A stretch of 63,958 nt of DNA, the filler included, from Octopus bimaculoides (lineage: Eukaryota): assembly GCF_001194135.2 (NCBI RefSeq). It is 7 parts of 7 records of this genome, joined end to end, with 100 filler letters (N's around TTAATTAATTAA, not from the genome) between each part and the next. Parts side by side here need not be neighbours in the genome. Positions count along the whole stretch, not along the records: positions 1 to 13,979 come from NC_068991.1; positions 14,080 to 34,226 come from NC_068983.1; 5 more parts are not named here. One strand, written 5' to 3'. Below the pieces are notes generated by a model. The model was given only the letters and a program-made list of their open reading frames with translations. It was not told the DNA's origin and searched no databases. The translations under genes and the position numbers were made by a program. Shown here piece by piece: positions 12,734 to 25,014 of this stretch (positions are counted from its first letter, which is position 1; each line of letters begins with the position of its first letter).

Positions 12734-13798
12734 AATTAAATGGTGCAGAGTTCAACTTATTTATTGCGACCTAAAAACTCCCCTTACTTAATTTCAAGTT
12801 TCAAGTTTCCATTGTTCAGAAAGTAGTCAATACTGGAGCACATACATCCAATATATAAAGCTTCTAGAAAGAAAAAGCATCTACAAAAAAAAAAAAAAAA
12901 ACATGAGAAAATGTTAGATTTATAAAACTGCACAGCCTGGATGCAAAGAGAGGGTGCTGTCATAGTCTTATGTTTTTACATGTCAACGCTTAGGTATGCA
13001 ATATAGTTTTGCTTTGTTGTAAGAAAACATATAAATGGGAAAAAAGGACAAAGTAATGAAAAAAATTATAAAAATGAAATAATATAAAGGCAAAAAATAT
13101 GAAAATGGTGAAGCAGAGCTCGTAAAGTCTTATGATATATATGACTGCATTTATCAACAAGGGCCAAAGATGAATTAGCCAAGTGATGAATTGATGTATT
13201 AATATATTAATATGTTATAAGGTAATGCGTTAATATAGTAAATACAAAAGGACCGCCAGGAGTATATTACTATAAACAGTAGTTAATATTTGTACAGCTT
13301 AATATATGTATAGCTCTGTTGTTAAGATGTAAGAATTAAGGCTGGAAAGACGGACGGAAACAGATTGCAGTGAAGATAAATATTTACCGTCAATTAGAAG
13401 ATCAAAGGAGAAATGACTTCACCGCAGCATTATTAGTTACCATCAGTTGTTTATATATTTATTCATTTATGTATTTTATTTATCTTACTTTAATCATAAC
13501 TCACATCGACATCTGTGCATGGAAGCATTTACACAAGGTTCTTTCTATTTACCTACACGCATGGACATACGTACACACACACGCACGCGCGCGCACGTAC
13601 ACAAACGCGTATACGCACACATATGCAACACACACATGCACACACATTATGCATGTGCATACATTCACATATTTTGTGCATGTGATTAAGAATACTGCCT
13701 CAGATGTGCATGTATTTGCCCTCCCATATGCCTTATTGTTCTTCATGTTTAGATTTTGCACCCCTCTCTCAGTCACTGTCTGTCTGTATATCTCTACA

Positions 13799-13840
<42 letters not shown>

Positions 13841-14079
13841 TGAGGAGGGTATTGGATTTAACCAAACCCAGGAGGATACAGGTAATACCGAGTAAGTGCT
13901 GTATACCGATTAGTTTGCCCCAGTCGTATGAACAGGATTGGGTATTATAAGTCGTGTATTAGCGTGCGTATATGTAAATNNNNNNNNNNNNNNNNNNNNN
14001 NNNNNNNNNNNNNNNNNNNNNNNTTAATTAATTAANNNNNNNNNNNNNNNNNNNNNNNNNNNNNNNNNNNNNNNNNNNN

Positions 14080-14398
14080 GTTTCAGAGGACCTCAGCTCT
14101 TCAATGCCCTGCCAAAACATTTGAGAGACATGCAAGACATGGATACGGAGGTCTTCAAGACAAAACTTGACGCTTTCCTCTCCACGGTACCAGACGAACC
14201 AATGGCTCGTAATGAGACGCAGTTTAGGGCAGCTATGTCAAATTCTCTTATACACCAGATGTGCCATCAAAACTCTTGATTGGACCATGTCAGGTGGGGG
14301 AGAAGAGCCATGCGAGGAACGTGAAAATCACGGTGGTGCACCAGCATGACAGCAGCCACTTGGCTGAAACACATAAATAAATAAATAAATAAATAAAT
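14080..14398 (+). mobile_element. CR1-group LINE 3' end with (TAAA)n tail
   Basis: 14082-14279 reads FRGPQLFNALPKHLRD...FKTKLDAFLSTVPDEP...*, typical of a CR1-group ORF2 C-terminus. A 3' stem-loop (CAGCC ACTT GGCTG) and (TAAA)n follow. Confidence 0.75.
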
Positions 14399-14639
14399 AT
14401 ATATATACATATATATACATATGTATGTATGTATGTATGTATGTATATGCAGACTCTCCCGTCGAAGATGCCAAATGAGCGTTCAGCTCTTGCCGAACGA
14501 CCTGCACTAATTAATTATTTATACCAATCAAATGTTCATGTCGGCACATAAGTTCCCTCTCTCCATAAAATCGACCTTAGCTGGACAGGTTCACCGTGTG
14601 CCACGCGTCGGGTGGGGAATTGATCCTAGAACAACATGA

Positions 14640-14732
14640 GATAAAGTATTTCACTCAAGATCACACAACCAAATCCAGGAATTGAAACCATGATCTCGTG
14701 ATTGTGAGTCCAACACTCTAACCACTAGGCCA
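14640..14732 (-). mobile_element. Family D-like SINE head
   Basis: Minus strand TGGCCTAGTGGTTAGAGTG...GGTTTCAATTCC carries A- and B-boxes. Confidence 0.65.
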
Positions 14733-14768
14733 TTGATATATATTGAAAGACATTGATTTAGATATATA

Positions 14769-15520
14769 ACAAGGTGCATTCCGGAAGTTATCAGACTCTT
14801 TCAGAAGAGGCATTTAATAATTTCAAAGAAGTACTAAATTCTCATCTCTTTCAAAATTGTATTCCTGGACTCCAAAGCACTTGTAACGCTCTAGCCAGTT
14901 ATTGAATCTCTCTTGGAAATCTGCCAAAATGAAGGTGTCCAGGTCCATTGTCATAGACCCCATTATCTTGAAAACTATTTCCTGTGATATACTCCTTCAG
15001 CTTGGGGTACAACCAGAGATATCAAAGTACCCTAGGTTAGATGTAGTTATGATGACCCTCTCTATCAAGGTTTTGGTTAGCAAGTTGGTGGTCGGAAGCT
15101 CATTAGCCACAAACTTTGTACGCATTTTGCTCATGCTCAATCTTCAGGAATAAATCTATGCCCGACCAACTGTAAAGACATGCATCTGTCTTCATTGCAA
15201 ATATTCTCAACTAACTCAGACGTTCTGACATACTTCTCTCTCCCAGGCCGTGATCCGTCTCTCACGTTCTGACATCCTTCTCGCTCCCAGGTCGTGATCC
15301 GTCTCTCACCTACTCTCTACAATCCATGAACTTCTTGCGCCAATGACAAACAGATGCTCACCTCATATTAGTTAATCTATAAGTAATGTGCAGCATTTCA
15401 TAATTTGTTTTGAGTATTTTTACCCTGTTTAACGCAACACTTTATTGCATAACAAAGTTCAAAATAGTCTTCACGTCCTAACTGCATTATACAAACTTGT
15501 CAGTTGTGAAAAGTATTGTC
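14769..15520 (-). mobile_element. Degenerate, internally deleted mariner element
   Basis: TIR-like ACAAGGTGCATTCCGGAAGTTATCAGACT at the left end. The minus strand gives YAIKCCVKQGKN...YEML...ASVCHWRKKF...RPG...VRTSELVENICNEDR (N-terminal HTH region). Confidence 0.65.
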
Positions 15521-16631
15521 TAGTAGGATATGTACAAATTGTTGTTACAACCGTCTCCTTCAACCTGGAATAAAAACAAAATTGGCAGATCAGCCTTTTA
15601 GATGTATATTAATGATATACTAAAATTACAATAATTTGGAATAGGTATAACTGTCTCACCCAAACAACTCTCAAAACTATATGTGCGTGAAGAAAAGAGA
15701 ATGTAAGAGGGGTCGTCCATGATTAAAGAATTACTGGAGAATATTTTTTAAAAATCTGCACTTGAACATACCAAGTGAAGCATAGCAAATCAAACTCTCT
15801 GTAACGCGTATTTCTTATTTCTTAGTTGAAGCTTATTTTGCAGTGAGTAGCTAATCAACACTAAATTAGATAGGATTTATATTATGATAATATTATATAT
15901 ATAAAATAAAAACGATACATAAAAAATTTATATAATTTCGCATTACCATCACTCTGTATTTTTCAGATAAAACACGTTAACAAAACTTAGTGAACACAGG
16001 GCTTAGACACAAAATTGCAGGAAACTCATATAACCAAGAAATATAAAAAAATGTTTCGTAAAATTTCACAATACATAAAAAGAAAATGAAAATGTTTCAT
16101 GAATAAATATACAATATATGAAAAATGGAGTTAGAAAAGGTATGCTATTTTGAAATCAAAATATTCAAAGTTGTTTACACATTAATTATAGACATCAATA
16201 TAAAGAAAACGTTCACAGGTATAGAAGCAGAGTTGTATAGATGTTTGCGAGTTTGGTTTTGCAAATTTCGCCAGTGATTACATTATTTCAACGATTTTGC
16301 TAGCATCATCATTCACCAGGATTTTCTCGGAAATCTTGCGAACGTAACAATGAGAAGTCGGAGCAATAGCAGAGTGCACTTGGTTGCAGCGCAACGCAAT
16401 GCGACAGCAAATACGATAATGTCGTAGAATTTCGTTTGTATTTGAAGCTAGCATTTTGATACAGAGATTTGCTTATGCTCAGGTGCATAATAGAAAGCAT
16501 AATTATTCAAACTCACATATAGACATATACACACACATACAATATATGCATACGTACACACACTTGTATATTTAAATTTATGTGTGTGTCTATGCATTTA
16601 TATTTCTTTGAACTCCTCTCAGTGGGTGTTC

Positions 16632-16678
<47 letters not shown>

Positions 16679-17340
16679 TCTCACTTCCTCTCGTATACAT
16701 ATACAACTATATATACACAACTCTCATCTCTATATACATGAATCTCTGTCTTACTCGGTCTTCCAATTGTTTGCTTCTTGCTAAATAAATTTAATACATA
16801 GAAAATATTTTCAAGTACCAAAGATACATAAATTGTATCAGTTCTCTAAGTATTTTAGTTTTTATATCTGAATACACTACTGTATAACACTCGCTGAGTT
16901 TTAAAAATAACTATTTTAATTATATAATACAGGGTGAAGTTAGTGCAGAATGATATAAGAAACAAAAAAACAGGAATTTATGCAAACATAAAAATAAAAC
17001 CTGTTTATACATACCCACATATTTCCCGCTCACATACGCTCATTTACATACACAAATACACACACAAACACGTACATATGTGTGTGTATATATATCTATT
17101 ATCGTTTAATTGATGCAGTCATTTGAGTGCAGTCATAATGTGACACACTCTTAAGTTTCGTATTCAGTTTTTCAATATCTGATATAAAATCTATCAGTTC
17201 TTCTACCCGAGCAGCTAAGTTATACGAATGTAGACCAATACCATCTGTCAGTGGCATATTTGTTGCGTGTTATTAATACGACTCGGAATGCTAGCTGATT
17301 GCCTTTTTTCCCTTTTCCAGTGGTGTGGACCATATGCCAC

Positions 17341-17696
17341 GGGCCTATGGCTTAGTGGTTAAGAGCGCGGGCTACAAACCTCAAGGTTTCGTGTTCCATT
17401 CCAGGCAGTGGCCTGAATAATAATAATGATAATAATAATAATAATAATGATAATAATAATAATAATAATAGTAATAATAATAATAACAACAACAACAACA
17501 ATAATAATAACAACATCGAAAAATACCTTAGCAATGAGAACCCAGGTTCGAAATTTCCCCAAGTCACCTGAAGAAGGCTGGAGGGTATATCAGCGGAAAC
17601 ATTGTGTTAACAACAAACAAGATGAGGACAAATATCTGTCAAATGTAAATAATGTAAATGATGTACTTAATTCCTCATCTCTTAAATATAGAACTG
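17341..17696 (+). mobile_element. Family F SINE: tRNA-like head + (AAT)n + hammerhead-containing tail
   Basis: A-box TGGCTTAGTGG (17348), B-box-like GTTCCATTCC (17393), microsatellite 17416-17513, and a tail shared with 18160-18524. Confidence 0.8.
17563..17608 (+). ncRNA. Minimal type-I hammerhead ribozyme motif (family F copy 1, mutated)
   Basis: GTCAC CTGAAGA A GGCTG-gagggtatat-CAGCG GAAAC ATT GTGTT. It differs from the intact three-copy consensus in stems I, II and III. Confidence 0.7.
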
Positions 17697-17902
17697 TGTA
17701 TAACTAATGTTTTCTTTTTCTTTTTGTTTTGTTTTTTCGTCAGTTAGTGTTCTTTTTTGCGTCTATCTAGAAGTCAAAGGAAATTACTATTAATCCCTCC
17801 AAACTTTGCCTTTGTGACCTGGACATAAACTTTTTTGAGTCTGACCTATTTTCCATTACACTTCACACAGATTCAGGACCGCGTTGCTGAAGCAAGAATA
17901 TC

Positions 17903-18070
17903 GTTATAACAAATATTCTGCTCAATACCATATATTTACCTACCAGTTACTGACTTTAACCACTGAAGCACGTTTTTTAGTTGCTGATAATATGGGAATC
18001 TCAGATCATGAGCAAGAATAGGAGGCAGAGTATCTTTGCCATGTGTTAGGATTATTTGGGGTTGAATAAA
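17903..18070 (+). repeat. Interspersed repeat, family E (unclassified)
   Basis: Homologous to the reverse complement of about 49900-50070. Confidence 0.65.
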
Positions 18071-18238
18071 TATCGTAAAAGCAAAGTTTGAAGGAGACAT
18101 TAGCCTTTTTCCCATACTTTCTAGGAGTAAGCAAATAGAAAATAACAGTTACAATACAACAGTTCTATATTTAAGAGATGAGGAATTATTTACATTATTT
18201 ACATTTGACGGATATTTGTCCTCATCTTGTTTGTTGTT

Positions 18239-18284
18239 AACACAACGTTTCTGCTGATATACCCTCCAGCCTTCGTCAGGTGTC
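18239..18284 (-). ncRNA. Minimal hammerhead motif (family F copy 2)
   Basis: Minus strand GACAC CTGACGA A GGCTG-loop-CAGCA GAAAC GTT GTGTT, with palindromic AACGTT stem III and one stem II mismatch. Confidence 0.75.
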
Positions 18285-18431
18285 TTGGGGGAAATTTTGA
18301 ACCTGGGTTCTCATTCCTAACGATGTTACTATTATTATATTGTTATTATTATTACTATTATTAATCAGGTCGCTGCCGTGAATCGAACTCGGAATCTTGG
18401 GGTTACTAACCCAGGTTCAAAATTTCCCCAA

Positions 18432-18477
18432 GACACCTGACGAAGGCTGGAGGGTATATCAGCCGAAACATTGTGTT
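18432..18477 (+). ncRNA. Minimal hammerhead motif (family F copy 3)
   Basis: GACAC CTGACGA A GGCTG-loop-CAGCC GAAAC ATT GTGTT. Core and stem II are intact; there is a CpG-type change in stem III. Confidence 0.75.
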
Positions 18478-18669
18478 AACAACAAACAAGATGAGGACAA
18501 ATATCCGTCAAATGTAAATAATGTAGTTACAATACAAGTACAAAAATCGTGTTACACAGTGTTTTAATTATGGATATGAAATAAAATGATCTAAATCTAG
18601 CCCGAAAATTCCAAAATTCCGACAGCACGGTAAATATACGTAGCGAAGTATATAAAAAAATAATAAAGT

Positions 18670-19056
18670 TATGCAGGCTGGCTGTGTGGTAAGGCGTTTG
18701 CTTCCCAACCTCATGGTTCCGTATTCAGTCTCACTGCGTGGCACCATAGGGCAAGTGCTTCCTTCTGTTGTTACGGGTTGAACCAAGCCTTCTGAGTGTA
18801 TTTGGTAGGCGGAAAATAAAAGAATCCCGTCGTATATATGTATGTGTGTGTATTATGTGTCTGTGTTTGTACTCCATTACAACTTAACAACTGGTGATCG
18901 TGTGTTTGAGTCCGGTAACTTAGCGCTTCAGCAAAGAGTCCATGAGAATAGTTACCAGGCTTAAAAAATAAGTACTGGGATCGATATATTCGACTAAAAA
19001 TTCTAGGCAGTGCCCCAGCATCGCCACAGTCTAATGACTGAAACAGGTATAAGACA
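18670..19056 (+). mobile_element. Family B SINE, diverged full length
   Basis: Head, internal TA/TG satellite and GCCCCAGCAT...GACTGAAAC tail. Confidence 0.85.
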
Positions 19057-20011
19057 ATAGATAAAAGAAATGTTGCTACGAGGTTGAAGAAGACATCTAG
19101 AATTAAATCTGGAAATTTATATTATCACTTGGTCTGAAATTAATTTTGTGTGTATTAGAAAATTCCTTCAGTTTTCGAGTCTTACTTGAAGTATAAAATG
19201 TTCGTTTCAGAAAGTATATATGGAGGTGGATTAAACTTCAATGAAAATCTAAAGTAATTTCAACGTAAATTGGTTTGTAAAGGATCAATAAAACAGAGGG
19301 GAAATCTTTCTGAAGAAATGGTGGTTTTGATGTTTAAGCACCGGTAAATTAATTGAGATGTTAATATCTTTAACAAATGGTCAAAACCTAATGAAATAAA
19401 GATACGAAGGTTAATGAAGGATCTAATTATCTTAAAAGAATTTACGTCTACGATGCATGAATGTAATGGAGGATAAATAATTATATAAGACGTTCAGAGA
19501 AAGTCAAATGAACTCTGTTGTGTATGGTTGCATGGGCGTGTTTACCTCTATGACTGCATGTGTTTGCGTATTAGATTTTTACCATGCACAAATACTCACG
19601 TCTATGTCTGTGTGCGTACCTCTCATATTTTCTCACTTAACAGTGGATTATTTTATGTAATTGCATGTTTGTCTCTCCCTTAGTCTAATAATATGTATCG
19701 CTCTAAATCTGTTTTGTATTAATAATCAAGTTTTTATTGTTTCCCCCGTAACTATATATATATATATATATAGATATATATATATATATATATATATANN
19801 NNNNNNNNNNNNNNNNNNNNNNNNNNNNNNNNNNNNNNNNNNNNNNNNNNNNNNNNNNNNNNNNNNNNNNNNNNNNNNNNNNNNNNNNNNNNNNNNNNNN
19901 NNNNNNNNNNNNNNNNNNNNNNNNNNNNNNNNNNNNNNNNNNNNNNNNNNNNNNNNNNNNNNNNNNNNNNNNNNNNNNNNNNNNNNNNNNNATATATACA
20001 TATATATATAC

Positions 20012-20047
<36 letters not shown>

Positions 20048-21558
20048 ATATATATTCTCATATGTACATGAATATATATATATACATACATACTTACATA
20101 GACACGTATATTAGTGTGTCAGTCTGTGTGTGTCTCTGCATCTGTCTCTCTGTGTATATGTGTGTATGTGCATCTGTCTGTCTGTGTCTGTGTGTGTATG
20201 TGCATCTATATGTCTGTGTCTGTGTGCGTGTGTAATCACAAACGCACGGATTTATATTAATACTGAGTGAGATAAATTTGAGAAGAAGAGATGCGAGTGA
20301 AAATAAAATGGAAGAATACAAATAGATCGATGGAACAGATAAAAAGACAAACAGGTAGTTATAGATAAACGGTAAGTATATTGATTTTTTTTTCTTCTCA
20401 CTCTCACTCAATAAATATCCATTGCTTGAACTTTAGAAATATCCGTCGACTAATGGTCATCCGTATTGATTACAGCGCTTGGTATGTAGGATTCAAGAGA
20501 CTGATTCATTTTGCAATCGGATTAACATAAATATTTTTAAAATCGAAACCCATGTGGAATATTATATAGTATTCTAACAGTTCCCGGTTAATTTCCAACA
20601 ATTTTATAATTATGTATAGATAAAAATATAGTAAAACAATGATTTAGAAAATTAAAATAAATAGACCACATCTTCAGAAGGTGATTATGTTATGGTTTTC
20701 GTTAAGCGAAGATCAAATTTTAAGATGGCAGTCAGTGAAAATTTCACCGCCTTAAATATATAAAATTTTGTTCCGACATTGAAATGATCATGATCTAAAC
20801 AACTAAGATGAAAATCACGTAGTGGCACTTCACATTCACTATTCATAATGGACTTTTCTGCATCTAGGTCGATAAACGGGTATTTATACTGGGGAAATTA
20901 TCCACTGGAAATGTGTCACCAACAAACCGACGTATGCTGAAACACGTATCAACTCACGTCCTTACGAATCGTGAAACTTCCACTTGCAGCTGTAATCGGT
21001 AAGTCAACGATCCAATTGTGGCTGCCTTGATTTCAGTGACGACGCTCACAAAAAGATTGAATTGCCAGAAGTCTTTTCATCTACAATATGGGCGGCTAAA
21101 AATTGAGCCCAGGTATTGTTTTCATGAATTTATGAAAGGTACTACATCATCTCAACTCTTCTCAGCTCATACTGTGTGGACTACCTTGGCTTTTGAGAAG
21201 GATTAAAACTTTAGAATTTACCACCCAGTCAGATTTGTTTCTAAACATCTTTTTACGTATGTATGTATGTATGTATGTTGGTAGGTAGGCAGGTATTATG
21301 TATGAGGCTAAATTTCATTCATACATGTGGTGCGCTAGACAATATATTATACAAGCGTATTTGTCTATTACTGATAACTAGCGTGCGTTTATTCCTGCAT
21401 TTATTCCTTCTATAAATCTGGTTGTGTTCGGCTTAGGCACCTCCAATGGTGTATCCCTGGAATATATTTAATAATTTTCACTACACTACTCATGGATTGC
21501 CTTTGTAGACCGCAAATCGGTCAACTCAGTTATTACTTTGAGAAAACTCGTATTGCTA

Positions 21559-21637
<79 letters not shown>

Positions 21638-22146
21638 NNNNNNNNNNGTGTATGTATGTATGTATGCATGTATGTATGTATGTATGTATGAATGAATATA
21701 TGTAAATTCCATCCTATATAACCCAGGACATGTACAATAATTAGTACAAATGAAAATCTATACCTCGGATATAAGAGATGTATGTTTTTTTTTTTATTAG
21801 TTCTCCGTAGATGTTCTCTATCCCCCACACCAAAGTTTTGACGAAACATCAACATCCACGAAAGCTAATCTCTCCAACAAACCAGCATTTTGGAACGCGT
21901 CCCATAAAATAAAATGCAGCATATTTTGCTTAGATCGGACTACTGCATTTATTGATGTGTTGCGCCAAAATCCTTTGTAGTTAAATGTTTGGATACATTC
22001 TCGTTTTAGTGTGCTTTTTTATATGACCGGCAGCACACTCCTTTCGACGAATAACGTTGTATATGGTAATAGCAACAATGCTGTGTCATATGGAATGGTT
22101 GTTTCCTGCTGACATATTTTATGTGTGTTAATATATATTTATGTTA

Positions 22147-22546
22147 ATGCGTGGAGGCGCAATGGCCCAGTGGTTAAGGCAGCGGACTCTCGGTCAAAGG
22201 ATCGCGGTTTTGACTCCCGATTCCCGAACCGGGCCTTGTCAGTGTTTATTGAGCGAAAACACCTAAAGCTCCACGACGCTCCGGCAGGGGATGGTGGTGA
22301 ACCCTACTGTACTCTTTTACCACAACTTTCTCTCACTCTAACTTCCTGTTTCTGTTGTACCTGTATTTCAAAGGGGCCAGCCTTGTCACACTGTGTCATG
22401 CTAAATATCCCCGAGAACTACGTTAAGAGTATACGTGTCTGTGGAGTGCTCAGCCACTTGCACGTTAATTTCACGAGCAGGCTGTTCCGTTGATCGGATC
22501 GAGTGAAACCTTCGACGTCGTAAGCGACGGAGTGCCAACAACAACA
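22147..22546 (+). mobile_element. tRNA-derived SINE, family C, full length
   Basis: A-box TGGCCCAGTGG, B-box-like GTTTTGACTCCC, (CAA)n tail and a possible 7-bp TSD TATGTTA. Confidence 0.85.
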
Positions 22547-23509
22547 AATATGTTACTAAACATAAATGTCAACTACGATGCATCAGGTTGAAGAATTTTT
22601 TAAAAATAAATTCTCATTACAATTGGATTTTTCCTGCTTCCATCAGTTTACACGTCTGTTAGAAGTTGTAGTTGAATTGTTTTCATTTTTTACTTTAAGA
22701 GTGCAACTAGATAATTATATTCTTTGAAAATATTAAAAAAGAAAAAATGATCGAAATAGATCAAACGCAGTCGCGCGAGAAATCGGATAATCCGATATCT
22801 GATTTAACATATGAATTATGGAAGGCAGGTGTTAGAGTTAGAGCAGGACAAACAACTAATGAATGAAAATTGGTAAAAAGTCAATTGAAATACATGAATA
22901 GACCAACGTGCATGAATGCAATTTTGTTTGTTCTGTGATCGTCATATGTTGGACAGGTGGAGGTGGTATAAATGAATCATGTATCCAGTCGATTAAAATT
23001 TTGATCACTTGCCAAATATCTCTAACAAGGTTTTTCGTATATACCTCATGGTCATGTACAATTTTCAGACTGCTTTATATTTTGCCGTTTCGTTGTTTTG
23101 ATCGTTCGGTAATTTTCCAGCTAAAATATCTAATTTGCTGCTCGTCTATTTTCTAAATGTCCAAAACAGTCTTATGATTATAGTCGATTTTCTGGAAGTC
23201 ACTTCCGTTATGCATATGTATTGTCTATTTCCAGTTCCGGGGATATGTTTTGTGGAGATAACCGGCTTTATAGTTTATGTGTTCTGCTTTGTGGAATTTA
23301 TTTAGTAATAATTAAGATGATTCTTCACGAGCATATGGATCAAGATCTATTAACTAATATATTGAATGTTACGTTTTCATTTAAGTGTTACGTCTGTAGC
23401 GCAAATTAAGAATGTGCCCGTTGAAAAAAAAAAGAACAGCTATTATGTGTGTCAGAAAATTATTTACTGGTTAAAAGTATATGTTGCGGCATTTGAGTAA
23501 AATGTGACT

Positions 23510-23690
23510 TTAAAGACCCCGTATTACATGAGTAGGTGAATACATTCTTGAATCTACTAACTAGTAAAATGCCATGATACTTAGGAACAGCGGTATCAAA
23601 GCTATCCCTATTGGAAGACATATTACAAATCGTTCTACTCACATTACGGAAGAGTTGATACAATCTATGTAGGCGGGGTGACATTATGGC
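23510..23690 (-). mobile_element. Penelope-like RT C-terminal remnant
   Basis: QLFRNVSRTICNMSSNRDSFDTAVPKYHGILLVSRFKNVFTY resembles the post-RT region of Penelope-type ORFs (recognised by eye only). Confidence 0.5.
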
Positions 23691-23799
23691 TTGTTAATTT
23701 AAAAATTGCATTTATTGTTTATTCTAAAGAGATTCTTTCAACTATTAGTTAAGTCTAGATACATGTCAAGGGTCGTAATCATAGTTACATAATTTATTA

Positions 23800-25014
23800 T
23801 TCGAGGGTCGGCAGAAAAGATTATAGGCTGACCAAGATACTCTCATGGAATGTAACCAAATAATGTTCATTTTTTCAACATTGTTACCCTTGCGGTTCAC
23901 ACACTTCTCCCATTGATGTTGCTGTGATTGGATCCCATTGATGAAGATGCTTATATGCTAATGATCAAAGATTCATCAAACAGGCATGACGTCGTCATTA
24001 TTACACTAAAGTTTCCCAACTAAGTTTTTGTTTGTTTGATTTATATTTCCTATTCGGGAACAAAAGATAGACAGATCGTACCAAACGAGGAAAATAGAGA
24101 GGGTAACCAACCAGTTCAAAATCACTGTCATACTCAGTAGCCAGTGAAGTTAGGAAATTGTTTGCTGGAACACTGTCCTGATGAAACAGAACTCCTTTCG
24201 TCAGTTTTCCTGGGCGTTTGGTCTTCATAGTCTTTCGTAACAGCTTAGTTAAGTTGGTATAGTACTCCATTGATGGTGTGATCCAGCTGAAGATGTCCTC
24301 GACTTCCTGGCTTTCTTTGGAGCATATAAAGAGAAGTGTTTCAAATGCATGGATCCTTTCTTTCTCTCTGGCTCAAAGTGACGAATCGAACACTCATCCT
24401 GGATTAAGAAACATACAAGGAAACCAGGTGGATCTGCCTGAGACACTAAAATTTTCCCGTGAGATGACCATAGCGGTGCGCTTTTTGATTAAGTGTCACA
24501 AGATATTGCACCAACCAACAGAATCCTTCCTCATACCAATTTCCTTGTCAAGAATATTCTCAGATCTCTAACGGAATATGCTAATAGCATTGGTTATTCG
24601 ATTTATAATGAATGGGATATAATCAATCACCATGTGGTGGACACGAACAATGTATTCCTTGGTGGTAGCGGTTGCAGGCGGTACAGACCTCGTGTCCACT
24701 TCAAGACTATCCCTCCCCCCACGTAATTTCAGCTGCCCACTTTTGCGCTCTTCATAAAGCTGGAGAAACATCTTATAATGTAACAATCATGTCAGACTGA
24801 ATGTCGTTGACGGCTAAACATTTTTCCGCATGTGATTAGTAACACCAAGTTGCAAAAATTTGCAGATGTTCAGAGGAAGTTTCTACGAGTTACGTTTAAA
24901 TTTCTGTAAAGTAGGCAAAATGTCCTTCCCGTAACTTGTACATTGTCTCTGTAAAGGCTAAAAAGTAATTTTAATGCTTTCTTAGTATTTCCAGCTACTC
25001 TGTATAACCTCGTA
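23800..25014 (-). mobile_element. Near full-length degenerate mariner transposon (~1.2 kb)
   Basis: The minus strand covers DIQSDM...QKWAAE...GRDSLE.D.RS...ATATTKE, QDEC..RHFEPE and KRPGKLTKGVLFHQD...ELV.YP.Y. The ends are CGAGGG (23802) and CCTCG-TA (25008-25014). Confidence 0.85.

Larger units (their letters stand above)
18160..18524. mobile_element. Inverted family F insertion (minus copy 18160-18407 plus inverted tail 18408-18524)
   Basis: Both arms match the tail of 17341-17696. The structure is flanked by the direct repeat AGTTACAATACAA (18147-18159 and 18525-18537). Confidence 0.85.

Noticed and set aside
14024-14035. TTAATTAATTAA islands inside N runs (also 34271, 39880, 57251, 60827, 62807)
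   Set aside because: The identical 12-mer is centred in N runs (44 N on each side where counted) and has stops in all six frames. It is a scaffolding spacer, not biology.
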